NCBI GenBank assembly: GCA_053919585.1
Contig: CM132785.1
DNA length: 64,000 nucleotides
From: Euprymna scolopes
Taxonomy: Eukaryota
Reading direction: 5' to 3' (one strand)
Made by a program: the position numbers and the translations under genes
Shown: piece after piece, positions 38,924 through 51,548 of the stretch
Position numbering within the stretch: the first letter of the stretch is position 1
Layout of the letters: each line of letters opens with the position of its first letter
The notes under the pieces: model-generated
What the model saw: only the letters and a program-made list of their open reading frames with translations
Told to the model about the DNA's origin: nothing
Databases searched by the model: none

Positions 38924-40128
38924 CTAGCGGGGCCTGCCGAAATTCTACAGCGGTATCTTTCATATGTAATGTATTGCTGCTTGGCATTTTGTGGATGTTC
39001 ATAATTAATGGAGACCCTGCGATATTATTGTAGCCCTTTTTATTAAAACTGTAAAATTATTTATCGAAGTAATCTGGTTATTAGTTTCTCCAATATCCTT
39101 ATAGGAGTCTGACATATTTCCATTGTATGAACGGCTGGCACGAACAGAAACTCCACGATATCATACCATCTTTAGACAGAACAGATACTACCCTTGTCTT
39201 TTAAAGACCAAGGTGTATTTTAGTTTCACGGCTCAAAAACATCATTTATTTTTATTTATAGTGTTGCGTCTTCAGTGATCGGGAGATTCTATTTATTGAA
39301 AAAAATTTTTTTTTTAATATATAGAAAGGAGTCACTACTTATTAAGGTCCGGAGGCCACTCGAAGATAAGGGTTAATGAGTGTACAATGGTCAAAAGGAA
39401 CCTGTTGTAGTAATCGTTAGTAGAAATTTGGTAAATTGGATTACTTAAGGGGATGGCTCATTAAGAATTTGTACACACTGGACTTGAAAACCATATTATA
39501 GTCAGTTGGAAAGCAGGAAAACGGATTTCACAGGCGCGCAATTCTAAGGGAGAAGCTTTGTTCCTGGAAACTACGTTTAGGTTTAGGCATAGATAAAGAG
39601 TGGGCGAAATTATTGAAAATGGTTTCAGCTAAACAAGTGTTTATCATGAAAGTCAGGACAGGAGGGACCATAGATTGAAGCTCAGACGAGCACTTGCCAT
39701 GAAAATAGTGATAAAGCAGACATGCTTGTAACGTTTTTTTTCTGTGGGGAAAGAGGTGCAGGGAAGAGAAAAGGCCATTCCTCACTAGGCTGCAAAGTCT
39801 ATTTTGTACTCTGTCAAAGCAGGATAAGCTGTTTCTAGCAGCTCCTACCTAGATATGGCAACAGTACCCCATCCTTGGACATACTTGATATATAGGTATA
39901 TATATAGGTAGATAATTGCATCAACAGTGAGATATTTACTAAAGCGGTGGAACAATTACAAACATTAAATTAGCGCATATATACACACACACACACAAAT
40001 TTAATATTTGTAGTATGTTATCACCTTTTATCCTCCTTTTTAATAGATCTCCTGATCGAATAATTTATAATCTGGAGACCGTGACACATGTACGTATGTA
40101 CTTTAAAGGTACTCAATTAATATATAGA
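38924..40128 (-). mobile_element. Non-autonomous Helitron interrupted by a LINE fragment
   Basis: On the minus strand, A|TCTATATATTAA at 40128 and hairpin plus CTAG|T at 38924. Homologous to 41351-41955. Confidence 0.8.
39321..39953 (-). mobile_element. 5'-truncated CR1-group LINE, same family as 22771-23660
   Basis: Collinear similarity to 22771-23400 (YHYFHGKCSSELQSMVPP; shared 3' UTR). Confidence 0.9.
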
Positions 40129-41350
40129 TTGTTTAGTTTACAAATTCTAGAATTTTTAACACTAATATCACAACAGCTAATGTGTGATGGGAAGTTGCCA
40201 ATTAAGTAGATATGACAAGTTATTGGTGATGAATGCTCTCTTCACGGATATGAACCAGCAGTTTGATCACAAAAGTAAAAAAGCTTCCTCAGTTATGTCG
40301 AATCCCTAACAGCATCTCGGGAAGGAGGGACTAACTACAGCTGTGAAACCAGAAGGCTCGAGAATGTTTCCCCTTCTACTGACACGGGTATCTTCTCTTC
40401 TGATGTCCTTCTTCCCGATTCAGAAGCGTCTTGTCTCCAGTGGAAAACTCTTAACAGATCTAAACTTTACACAACAATCTCATTAGCTGCATCAACATCT
40501 TATGCCCTTCTCTCCATAAGGATTTTTTCTCCTTTGCATGTTATACAATTTTCCTACTTTTTCTGTAGTTCTTGGCATAATAATGCATCATTATTGTACT
40601 CAAGATCCTTCGAGCTGCACTGGTGGCGCAGTAGAAGGTAGACGAAGCAGTGTTCTATCGTATGGCGATTCTCTTCATTTTCACACATGGTTTTGTAGCC
40701 GCATCTGATCATATCAACTTTTGATCGCCCCTTTTCCTGTTCTCAGTTGAGTTAGTGTTTCTAAACCGGGAAAGAGCTTAAGAGAAGAATATTCTCATCA
40801 GTAAGGGGGGGAGGGGGTGTATTCATTAGCTGTTTGGTCCATAATACTGAAAACTTCCGATTTCACATCTGAAGGGACGATGCCAGTAAAAAAGGTTTAG
40901 TTTAGTAGGTTTCACCCAATGATCAAATTTATTTCGATAAAGTGTATATTTGCTTTTTTGTGTCTCATAGAAAAGTATTTTGCACAATTCTTTATAGTTT
41001 TGGTTACTCGATATCTAATTGTTTCTGTAGGCATCATAACAAGTGTTTAACGATTTGTTTGTTTGTTTTTTTGTTTTCTGTGCGTGTGCAAAGAACAAAT
41101 GTTTTAGAATTCTAGTGTGAAGCCAAAATTATAAAAAAATTATCACCGGAGTCATTTTCTTACAAAAGACATTCACTTGTTGACATAGGTTTTTAAAATG
41201 ACATTCTCTAATTAAATTAAGAATATGCATTGTTTTCTATTCGTTTAGTCTTTGAGACGTTCTGATAACAAAACCCAAAATAGAATTCCAAGATCAAACA
41301 TGCTTAAATTAAAACAAATATCTTGCAGGAAAATTTGCAACTGACACGAA

Positions 41351-41955
41351 TCTATATATTAATACCGTCGTACCTATTAACACACGTATGTTACGATTTC
41401 CAGATCATAAATTATTCGATCAGGAAATTCTATTCATTACAAAGGAGGATAGGTGATAATATACTAGGAACATTAAATAAATATATAAATAATTTAATAT
41501 TCGTAGTATTTTATCACCTATCCTCCTTTTTAATAAATAGGATCTCCCGACCACCAAACACTCAATGTAAAAAAATAAATAAAAAATAAAAAATTTTTAA
41601 ATGTCGCTTTTGAGCCTAATGTGAGACTAAAATATACCTTCTTGATCTCCTGGCTAGAATCCAAGGGTAGTATCTGTTCTGTATATAGATGATATAATGA
41701 TATAAGGTTTCTGTTCGTGTTAGGCGTTCATACAATGGAAATATGTTACATCCTTTTATAAGGATATTGAAGATAAACTGTAATCAGATATAGTTTGACG
41801 CTACCTTAACCAGATTAGTGAAATACTTTTACAGTTTTAACAAAACGGCTATAATATCGTGAGGTCTCCATTCACATTGAACGTCCACTGAATGCCAAGC
41901 AGCAATTTATTATATATAAAAGATGCCGCTGTGAAATTTCCATAGGTTTCGCTAG
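41351..41955 (+). mobile_element. Complete 605-bp non-autonomous Helitron
   Basis: A|TC...hairpin...CTAG|T with no TSD; internal inverted repeat at 41418-41552. Confidence 0.85.
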
Positions 41956-42447
41956 TTCATATGATTGTTGGCGACTGCGACTTGTTGTAATCAAGTTCAT
42001 ATGAAGCTAGGTACAAACTGAAAAACTTTTTTTTTTCATCAAAGTAAAAATTGAAAAATATTATGTAATCAAGTTGTAAAAGAAAATGGTATTTTTTGTG
42101 TTCATTTTTGAGGTTCCTTGTTGAATTTTTGTGATATTTCTCCCATTTTTTTAAACTCCATTTAAACATGAGAAACTAGAGTTTTAAAAAAATATTTGTT
42201 TGATAAATTATTTTAATTAAAAACATTTTTCTCGACTTTTAGTTTAAATATTTCACCATTTTATGAGTAAATATTTTTAACCTCACAAACTAAACAAATA
42301 AAATATTTAGATGAGAATTGGTGTCTTCACATCCTACCTCGTACCTCAGTACACTCGCGTCTAGCTCACTACATAAATTTTCCTTCAATGAATTTTGGAA
42401 GATGGTGTAAGCACTTAAGTTTTTTTTTTTATTTCATAACAAAACTT

Positions 42448-42480
<33 letters not shown>

Positions 42481-44043
42481 TTAAAGAATTTTTCCATTTC
42501 CAATATTATGTAACATGTTTTTAAATTCATGAAACATGCCTATTTCTCTTTCGATATTATATTTTGTCTATTCTCATCTTTGATATTCTTCACAACTTTT
42601 CAGGCGAGATAATCTGACTTTCGTCTGCACTCTTCATTTAATCCATGCATGTAGATTGTTCTAGTTCCGCCAGCCATGATTAGGTAGAACTAAGTTTTAT
42701 TCGATTAGTTTGTATCGACTGCAGTGAAGATTAAGCACTCCATCCCCAAAATACCGTAGCACCACCTGTCCATTCTGTATAAATCCCAGACTTGGATATG
42801 ATGCATTTGAAGAAGTTCGAAGGTTATATCGGCTAACATATTGCAAAAAATAACATCCAAGATGAGAATACCAGTCCAAAAAGCACAAAGTATCAATCCT
42901 CATCTCAAATTCTGAAACGAAAATAGCATGCTGAACATTATATGGACAATTTGCACTAATATTGACCCTGTTATTCCTTTCGGCATTTATGGGATAATGA
43001 GCACCGACGGGCAACAAGATTAACAAATCTATCTATTAATTTAAAGCAAATTAGAAGGGACCATTAAATATGCGAAAAATGACAGACCATGCTCGACTAT
43101 CCACATATGTTATAATTGACTATCTCTGATTATGTCATGTCCACTTTAAGTGGACAGGATAAGAAGAAATGGTCTTACAGGATGTAAGGAGGGTCGCTGT
43201 CCAACCTTACAACTCAGGTAGCTGTCCACTAGTTTTTCTGTCTGTTGCAATTATATTTCCCACCACGGGCACTTTTATGATTGGACTTGAAAGAACCTGT
43301 TGCCAGTGGAAATGATGTCTGCTTAGTTGCATATAAATAACTGGACCAGTCCGGGCAGTCCACTTCTATAGGTTTTTATCGGTCGGTGGAGGGTTGGTCG
43401 ACAAGTGCATGGGTGGGAGGGGGGATTGAATTGTGCAGCTGATTGCTGGCCGCGGATTCTTTTAAAGATTGGCTAGTTAAATAAAAATGAATTGAGGTGA
43501 GCTCGGGTGAATGGTAAGGTTGGGAAACATTGATTGATAGGAGGTAGAAGTTTGAAGGTTGCTTGGCACAGGAGGAGAGGAGATGTTAGAGAACGACTCT
43601 AAAAGTATGAAGGTTACTTGAACAGTAATGGATATTTGAGAAATTACGTTTGGCCAGATACGCACAGAAGGAATAGTGACAGGTTTTTTAAGACCGGAAT
43701 AAATGAGATAGATTAAGGGGGAAATTGTAACAGTTTGCAAGTTTAATTGAGAACTTCCAATAGAAAAGTAATTCAATCTGTAATTGCTATTTTCTGCTAA
43801 GTTAGCTTTAACCGTGAACGGTGAACTTGCTTTAATTGTATTTTCATCACCCAAATTGAAGATTTTATCTTAGTGCAGGGGTCACTAAACTACTGACGAA
43901 GGCTAAATCCGGCCTACCAAAGTTTTTAATCTGACCCACTGAGCTCTTTTGGAAAACAAAATATTCAGATAATTTTTTTTAAATAAGAATGTGTGAAAAT
44001 ATTGTGATTGTTTTCCTTCAGAAAATGATTTTAAAAAATGAAG

Positions 44044-44679
44044 TTTTTAGTCGCATGCAAGCGACTCTATAAGTCACTCGGTCGGTCGGTCGGTCGGTCC
44101 GTAACACTTTTGTGCTTGGCTTTTTTGGTTAATATCAAAGGCTTGTTGTTAATAGATGCTGTTCTTAGCTTTTTAGGCTTTTTTTGGCTTTTTGGCCAAG
44201 ATCAAAGTGTAGGGCCTTGTGCCTAATTTTGTTGTTTAAGAATCTTTTGTTTTTTACTTAATTGTATTTTCAAAATTTTTAAAAGCAATAAAATATATAA
44301 ACAAGATCAAAGTGTAGTATCTGTTCTTACTACATGCTGTACTTGTTTGACTTTGTGGTGTAAAGTGGGGGATCAGTTTTCTGTATTAATTTAATGTAAA
44401 ATGATCACCCACTTTACAACCAGTCAGTCTCAAAGCCATTCAAGTCATTCTCCAGATCATTCAAGTTGTTTTTGAAGGATTCCAGTTATTTTTTAAGCAT
44501 TCAAGTCCTTCAATTCATCCTTATGTTCATTAAAGTCATTCTAAGTCATTTACTTACTTAAGTCATTTCAGCCCATTTTTCGGTCATTTTAGTTTATCTT
44601 TAAGAATTTCATGTCAATCCTACATTCACGCATTCATTCATTACACAAGAGCATGCGACTAATGGCTATCGGTCTTGTT
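44044..44679 (+). mobile_element. Helentron-associated non-autonomous element (DINE-1/HINE-like)
   Basis: Subterminal inverted repeats TAGTCGCATGC (44048-44058) and GCATGCGACTA (44651-44661), a partial IR (gcgact) after the 5' one, a (GGTC)n microsatellite, a central degenerate aagtcatt array, and T-run termini. Confidence 0.8.
44177..44329 (+). pseudogene. U2 snRNA 5' fragment interrupted by an 89-bp insertion
   Basis: ggctttttggccaagatcaaagtgtag [insert] caagatcaaagtgtagtatctgttctta matches the U2 5' end (GGCCUUUUGGCUAAGAUCAAAGUGUAGUAUCUGUUCUUA), including the branch-point recognition sequence GUAGUA. Confidence 0.85.
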
Positions 44680-45086
44680 AAGAACAAGTTTCACTACAAA
44701 GCAAAGCTAATGAACAAAACTGTATAAAACCCGCATAAGTTATTTATTTTATTTTGGCTCACATAGCTCTAAAATGTCAGCAATATGCACGCCCTCCTTC
44801 AAAAACTTTGGCCATCTGTCCTAGTGTATTCTTTGCCTACTCTCACCCATTTTGTTTGCTGCTCTGTTTTAACCCGTTTTATGGTTTTTCGATCTGACCA
44901 AAGGAGTTAAAGGTGATATTGCATATGTTAAGATTGTCTACCATTAATTTGATTATTTCTTCCACTTTTAATAAGGAGTAAGAAATGTCTCTAGAGCAAA
45001 TTACACAACTATAAAATAAAACATCCAGAAAGAAATCTACCAACAAACTGTTGCTTCACGATGGAAGAGAGGCAAAAGAAAAATAT

Positions 45087-45477
45087 TGTTACCAAACGCA
45101 GCAGCACAGTTCTGAACAATTTCGTCAATGCAACCCGCCACGATCCTGAACAATTCCATCAATTTGAACCTGAACGTTAATTTGACATGACACGATCATG
45201 AACACCTCTGTCGATTCAAACCCGGACACCTCCGAGGATTCAACATGACACAATCACCAACAACTCCGATTCGAACCTGAATATCTTTGATCTGGCAAGG
45301 TACGATTCTGAACAAAATGACTCGACATGAGATGTTAGAGAAACCTTGGTAGTTATTCGCTGAATAACTCTGGTATCGGCTTTTTATAGCTCTTAAATGA
45401 ACTCATTTTAGCCGTAGTTGGGCCCGATTAAAACCTTGGCATACAATTCTTGAGCGCTTCCACAAATGCTCGTCACA
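45087..45477 (-). mobile_element. Possible solo LTR with internal ~55-bp degenerate repeats
   Basis: TGTTAC...GTCACA termini, a minus-strand TATAAAAA near 45380-45387, and cacgatcctgaaca-like units x5. No TSD visible. Confidence 0.35.
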
Positions 45478-45667
45478 CAAACAAAACCAGATGCTTTTAC
45501 AAACTATATTAGAAGAGAAGCAACATTCGCCTTAGCCAGGTTGAAGCAATTTCCTCTAAAATAGAAAGTATCTAGGGAATATCAAATTAAAAGTAGTCCC
45601 CAGCCGCATGTAGAGTTTGGTCAGAGATGTTTTTATAGTCTGTGCAGGCTGGTGTCTACGTCCAACA

Positions 45668-45776
45668 TACAGCACCTAGTACTTCCAAACAGTTATTTAT
45701 CTTGTACTGACCAGGTACAATGCTGCTTAACATCGGTAATCTAATGGAGACTGGTATGTCAATATGATTATGTTGA
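45668..45776 (-). pseudogene. Second 5S rRNA-derived pseudogene
   Basis: tacagcacctagtacttcc...gtactgaccagg...tgcttaacatcggtaatc...tgattatg aligns with reverse-complement 5S and with 31683-31790. Confidence 0.7.
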
Positions 45777-46815
45777 ATCTATAAACTATATAGCTAGAAA
45801 ATTAAATTGTGTAACTATATACAGATTTGACCTGAAATTACCTACCAAATGGTTGATATGCTGTAAAACCCAATCATAGCTTCAGTTTTAAACTTACTGC
45901 AGAGTTATATTTGTTTAAGGTGTTTTGTTTTTTTTGTTTTCTTTTTTCACTTCTATTGTAGAAATGTGGAAGTTGGAGAGGAAAAATTTTTGCAGTTGTT
46001 AGTCAAGTTTATAATCACTCCCATACCACCACCTCCCAACTAAAAATATCTCCTTTTAAATAGACTTACTTGGTAAGAGATGTATATTTTTATTTTTCCT
46101 GTTTTGGCCTCTCTCCCCTTCGTCCCCTTTTTGTTCACCCAAAACAGCATATTGTCAATGAACCTTAAGCAGATGCTGAGATAGGAACAACCTTAGTGGG
46201 GAGTTCGGCAGCAAAATCTTTTTATATTACATTTAAATTCATGCAAGTTGACATGGTCGGGCTTGCATGGAGTAAATTCCAATTGCAAGCAGTCAGAGGA
46301 AAACGGCTATTAAAGTAAATAGAAATCTTTAGGCGTCTAGAGATTTCTACAGTGAAGGGGTGAGATTTTGATGCTAACCAGGTTGGTTGAGACTTACTTT
46401 ACGTTGATGGCTGGGGATGCAAACGCAAGTTCATCAGTGCTTGGGCTAGAGCTTGGCAAACATTGCAAGACCTTTGCATAACACTAGAAATCTTTGATTC
46501 CGAAAAAGTGTACCAAGACATGATTCAATTTTTGAGTTACAATCTGAACCCGACACCTTATAAATGACTGATGTCGAACTGACTGAATTATATACAGTAA
46601 AGCAAATACTTAGTTTTTTTTTTTTTTTTTTTTCAATTACAGTTTGTGTTGGCTTTTTCTGATTTGGACTTTGTTTTTCTTTTATTAATTAGATTTCTTC
46701 TGGTCTTTGGCAAAATGAAAAGTGGGAGAAAATAAAGAAAGGCAGAAATAGTAATCGGAAAAGTGAACAATTTGAAGTATGATTGAAAAGAACGATTTCT
46801 TAGGCATGTTATTCG

Positions 46816-46874
<59 letters not shown>

Positions 46875-46969
46875 ATGTGTGTGTGTGTGTGATCAAGTAT
46901 ATTAAGATGAACTAAATACCAATTTTTTTTTTTTTTTTTTTCCAAAATGCTCAATACGTGCAACGAACT

Positions 46970-47133
46970 TATAAATTATATGAAACATTGTAGGGAGTTT
47001 ATATGGATCGACGAACATTTCAGTATTTTTATATCGTCGTCAGGACTAAAAATTTTGGGGGTCCAAACAACATGGAAATGTCGAAACGTCGAGCTATCAG
47101 CATAGACTCCTTACAATGTTTATAAAATTTATA
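46970..47133. repeat. Degenerate 164-bp fold-back with hammerhead-like cores
   Basis: Arms tataaattatatgaaacattgtagggagtttat / atagactccttacaatgtttataaaatttata. Minus-strand CUGACGA...GAAAUGUUCGUC at 47010-47043. Confidence 0.6.
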
Positions 47134-47843
47134 CTGTGTGTGTGTGTGTGTGTGCAAAGTACTCGAGATGATCTTTTGTATAGTAAAAAAAAAAAGACTA
47201 TTTGAAAAGTCATCATAGCATTGTTATACATGTATGTGTAAAGGGTAATTTATGAACGGATTATGAATTTTCGAATAAGTAACACGGTAACATGGGTAGT
47301 TATTTTGTAACGTGCGTCACCTAAACCAAAAAAACTCTAAATAAATTAGATAAAATTTTCAATAGAAAAGGATTGTTCTATGTCAAATTTTGAGTTATGA
47401 AAAGCAATATATTAAACGATCGATATGCACACCCAAGCGTCAAAAACTGTTTGGTTGAACTTTACCATTCTAAGAGATGTTATTAAAATTATAGCATGAC
47501 CGTTTAAAGAGAAAAACATTAAAATGTCAAACTAATACTTTTACTAGTTCTGGGACAGATATTCTATGAGTGACTGTATTTTTATGCTCTTCTATGAGTA
47601 GAGAAATCTTGATGAAAAGGTTTCCATTAGGTGTTAAAACGACACTTATCTGTTTAAAGGATAGTACTTTAGTTTTTTGTCAAAAAAAAAAAAATGTGTA
47701 TATATAAAATAAATAAATTAATCTAGTCCCAATTGAAAATGACATTTCTCCCAGTATAGATTGCCTATTTGATGTCAGTCGGGGCATTGGCAGCTAATCA
47801 CTGGGTTCCAAGTTTCGAATCCCGCTGCACTTAGCTGAACTGA

Positions 47844-47890
<47 letters not shown>

Positions 47891-48726
47891 TAGCATGTGT
47901 TGCGCGATCATAAGGTACGCTTAAATGATATTTTAATTAATGCAGATTACATATTTATTATAGAGACGATTCTGTACCTATTATTATATTGAACCTAATA
48001 CATAGTGAGGTTAAAACTTGCATATATATGACTAGGGTGCCATCAGCTAAACTCGAAATCTAAACATATTACTCTCCACCCTCATTCCTTAGCCTTTGAG
48101 TCATGTCCATACAAAAACACGTGTGTGTGATATATATAATTTCAATTGTCACCCCTTTTTTAAAAGATGGAATTGCCCGATCGATGAAGACGGATGCAAG
48201 AATGTATATCAGTATCTTAAAAATGAAAATATATGCTTTTTCAAATACAATACAAGTTTTCCCACTATAAGTAGCAGATTCGGTTGCTCAGTGTCTTGAG
48301 CACCAGACGTCAACGACAAACATCCAGTTTCAAATTTCACTGTCTAGCCACACAGATGAATTGTAGAAATAGCTCGATGGGCGACTATATTTTATATAAA
48401 TAAATTACTCTTACGTGCATATAAAATATGAGTGCGAGTGTTCCTGTTGCAGTTACCGTATTTAGGGGGAGTAAAACTTATGTAATGCCCGCTCTTCTAA
48501 TAAGAATCCAGATTTCAAGTATCTGCTTACCTTGAACCCATTGGTGATGTTGGTGAGTCACTGGTTTTGTGCAAGCTACACATGACTGTAATTTAGCACG
48601 AGATTTGCTGTCATTCACTATCATTATTTTAACAAAGATGGCCATACTTGTCTTACAAGTTGGTAGCCATTTTGCATAACGCATCCCCCTACACACACAA
48701 ACACACACACACATATATATATATAT

Positions 48727-48754
48727 ATCTTACACGCCTGAAGTTTTTAATAAT

Positions 48755-48812
<58 letters not shown>

Positions 48813-48838
48813 TATTAAAAACTTCAGGCGTGTAAGAT
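48727..48838. repeat. Perfect 30-bp inverted repeat around (CA)n(TA)n
   Basis: ATCTTACACGCCTGAAGTTTTTAATAATCA (48727-48756) and its exact reverse complement (48809-48838). Confidence 0.95.
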
Positions 48839-50049
48839 GAGGCATTAGGGAAAGAATGGCGACCTAGTGGGGAGGGAGCAAGGAGATGGATCAAGGTAGG
48901 AGTTGGGGTACAGATGAGCTACTTGTCTCACATTGGAGATTTATGCAGAAAGTTGCAGTTCTCACTGTTATAGAAAAATGAAACAATTTTTCAGAAAAAT
49001 ATGAAAATTTATCTAAAATATGCCTTACTATTTACAGGCAGTAAATATGTCCTGCTTATATTGCTCATGATATTATAAACGGATCATTTGATTCAAATAA
49101 CCTTTTTCTGAACTGATAAAACTGGTCAATATGTAACATAATCTACAACTATGTAGTGTGTTAGCGTGTCTCGTCCACAGAAATGTATTTCGCCTTTCAA
49201 GACATCTCCGTGCAACTAGATGTAACAGACGTATAAATCTCATTACTAGCTACCTAATTATTATCTCGGTTAACTTGCTTGCGGCTACAGGAACAAATAT
49301 CTTTTAAAGGAATTTTTGTATTTGTTTGCTTTGCAATATTGTTAGCCCGGAGGATTCAGTTACTTATTTGGAAGAATCTTGCTTTACGCTCAAGTAGAAG
49401 AATTTCTTCTACTAGTGCTCCATCCAAAGAGGAGCAAATATATTGAGTGTGAGTTGGACGGGCAATGCATAAAAAGGAAAAACTAAAACTATTGAATTTT
49501 TTTGTTTGCTTCGGTATCATATCACCACCTCACTTACATATTGATGCATTTCTATCTCTGCACCATCTCCTCCCAAATACATGCATATAAATATGCATGC
49601 GTACAAGTATTATGTGCACTTGCACACACATACATACGCATACGTACATATGCACGAACATGCACTCACAGGTATGAAAGTTAGAAACGCCACTGTGATC
49701 AATATTTTTGTAATCTATTCAAGCGAGTAAATATAGGTAATTTCTGAGATTTCTTTCTTTCATTCTCTTGCAAAATTTGTCTCTGGACAACACAACCTTC
49801 AATTATTTTCTAAACATCAGTTTTTCGTTTTTTTTTTTTTTCTGTTAACTTTAATTCTTTGTTTCTTAGATTTAATTTATTTCTATCTTGAATTGAAGCC
49901 AACAATTCACCCCAGTTCTCCAGACAGAAATATGTGTTTACGCTCCAAATGTTTTTCGATTCCTGGTCAAGATACGGTGTGAAATGACAAGAATAGCATT
50001 TAATCGACTGGCTGCTTTCCAATAGAACACTTGTACAGAGTAAAGAAGG

Positions 50050-50105
<56 letters not shown>

Positions 50106-51511
50106 GTTTTTTCTTATATTTTATCTATTGCTTTAAGTCTCTTGTCTTTTGGCAATATAGGAATGCTCAAATGCTGTCAAACTTATTTTTTTTTATCTTT
50201 TCTATATTTTTCAATTTTTCCCAGCATTTCCCAATATTCCTGAAACTATTTCTAATACATTTGCTGTCACAAGTGTCAGACATCTTTTATTGATATGTGA
50301 TATACATACATATTAAATGTGTTTTTATAGGCCCTAAGTAATAACTGCTTCCTCTTGCAAGATTTTATATATCAAAACATTAGATCTAAGTTTATTTTAT
50401 TTTCCGTTTACAACAGGCTACATAAAATTGAATAAAAAAAAAAATAAAATCTAGTAATACAAAAATCTATTGGTTCTAAAATACCGAGCAATAATGAAAT
50501 CAGAATATTATAGATAATGCAAACATGAAATTCTGTTTGCCTCCTTTAATTAGCACGACCGTGACATTGCCAATGGATAGACTAAATCAAAGGGACATAA
50601 TTCATATCTACTTGATGCATTAGTAATAAAACTTTCACTGTACGTAAAAAAAGAAAAATAAATAAATAAAAATAAGCAGGCCAATAATACATCCAAACTA
50701 ATTACACTTGTTTCATCAAGTTAATTTATATTTTTACTTAATTCGCCTTCCGTTAATACAACCATAGCACTGCTAATGTGCATGCAGGCATTCACTCGAA
50801 CAATTCAGCGAAACTGGATACATTAATATTAATATAGTTTTATTTGTACAGGTAAACAAGTAGATTATAATTGATTTTTAAGTTAATGATATTTGTTTTT
50901 AGCTAAGAAAATCATAAAGTTTATAGAAAAAACAGACGACTCTAAAAAAAATTAAATTGTTGAAATAGAATACATTTTTAATTAAATTAAAACTTTATAG
51001 AAATTTTAGTCTTTTTTCTTTTTTTAACTCTAAAATGATACAATCATCTCATTCTTGTGACTTGGCCTAAACACCTGATTACTATTCCAGTATAAAATGG
51101 ATGAAACTGGAGTTTAAGCTGCGAGTTGAAATGTGAACACTTAGCAGTATACTTGTCAACTTGCTTACCAGTTATTGCTATCCAACACGGACGTCTATTA
51201 TTGTACCTAACTGAATAAATCTTTTCTATATTTTAAATATGTATTGTTTTCCACTCTTATTTCATAGTATTTAAAACTTTAAAAAAATCTGCATACATTG
51301 AAGAAAGCAAGTGCGGAATTTCAAGTCCCACGGGTGTGAATGACTAGCATTAAATTGGTTAGATTATTTTGTCGATGCTAAAATGTAAGCCGATTAAAGT
51401 TATTCGATTTGAGTGATAGCAATTACCACTCAGACATGATTCAACAGACGATGTACAGTAAATATGTAGAAAATGATAACGTCTCCAAAGTTTTAAGATT
51501 TTGAATATTAA

Positions 51512-51548
<37 letters not shown>

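Larger units (their letters stand above)
43876..44818. mobile_element. hAT-type (MER20/MER58-like) non-autonomous element with nested insertion
   Basis: Starts CAGGGGTCACTAAACT...AAATCCGGCC and ends AAAACTTTGGCCATCTG. 8-bp TSD TCTTAGTG (43868-43875) / TCCTAGTG (44819-44826). Confidence 0.7.

Noticed and set aside
43100-43860. Possible I-group LINE 3' relic (ORF 43477-43854)
   Set aside because: Only vague motif resemblance; cannot be supported by eye.
43890-43920. CTGACGA as another hammerhead
   Set aside because: No GAAA core after a stem; it is part of the hAT subterminal motif.
44177-44329. Functional U2 snRNA gene
   Set aside because: Only the first ~50 nt are present and interrupted; no Sm site or 3' stem-loops.
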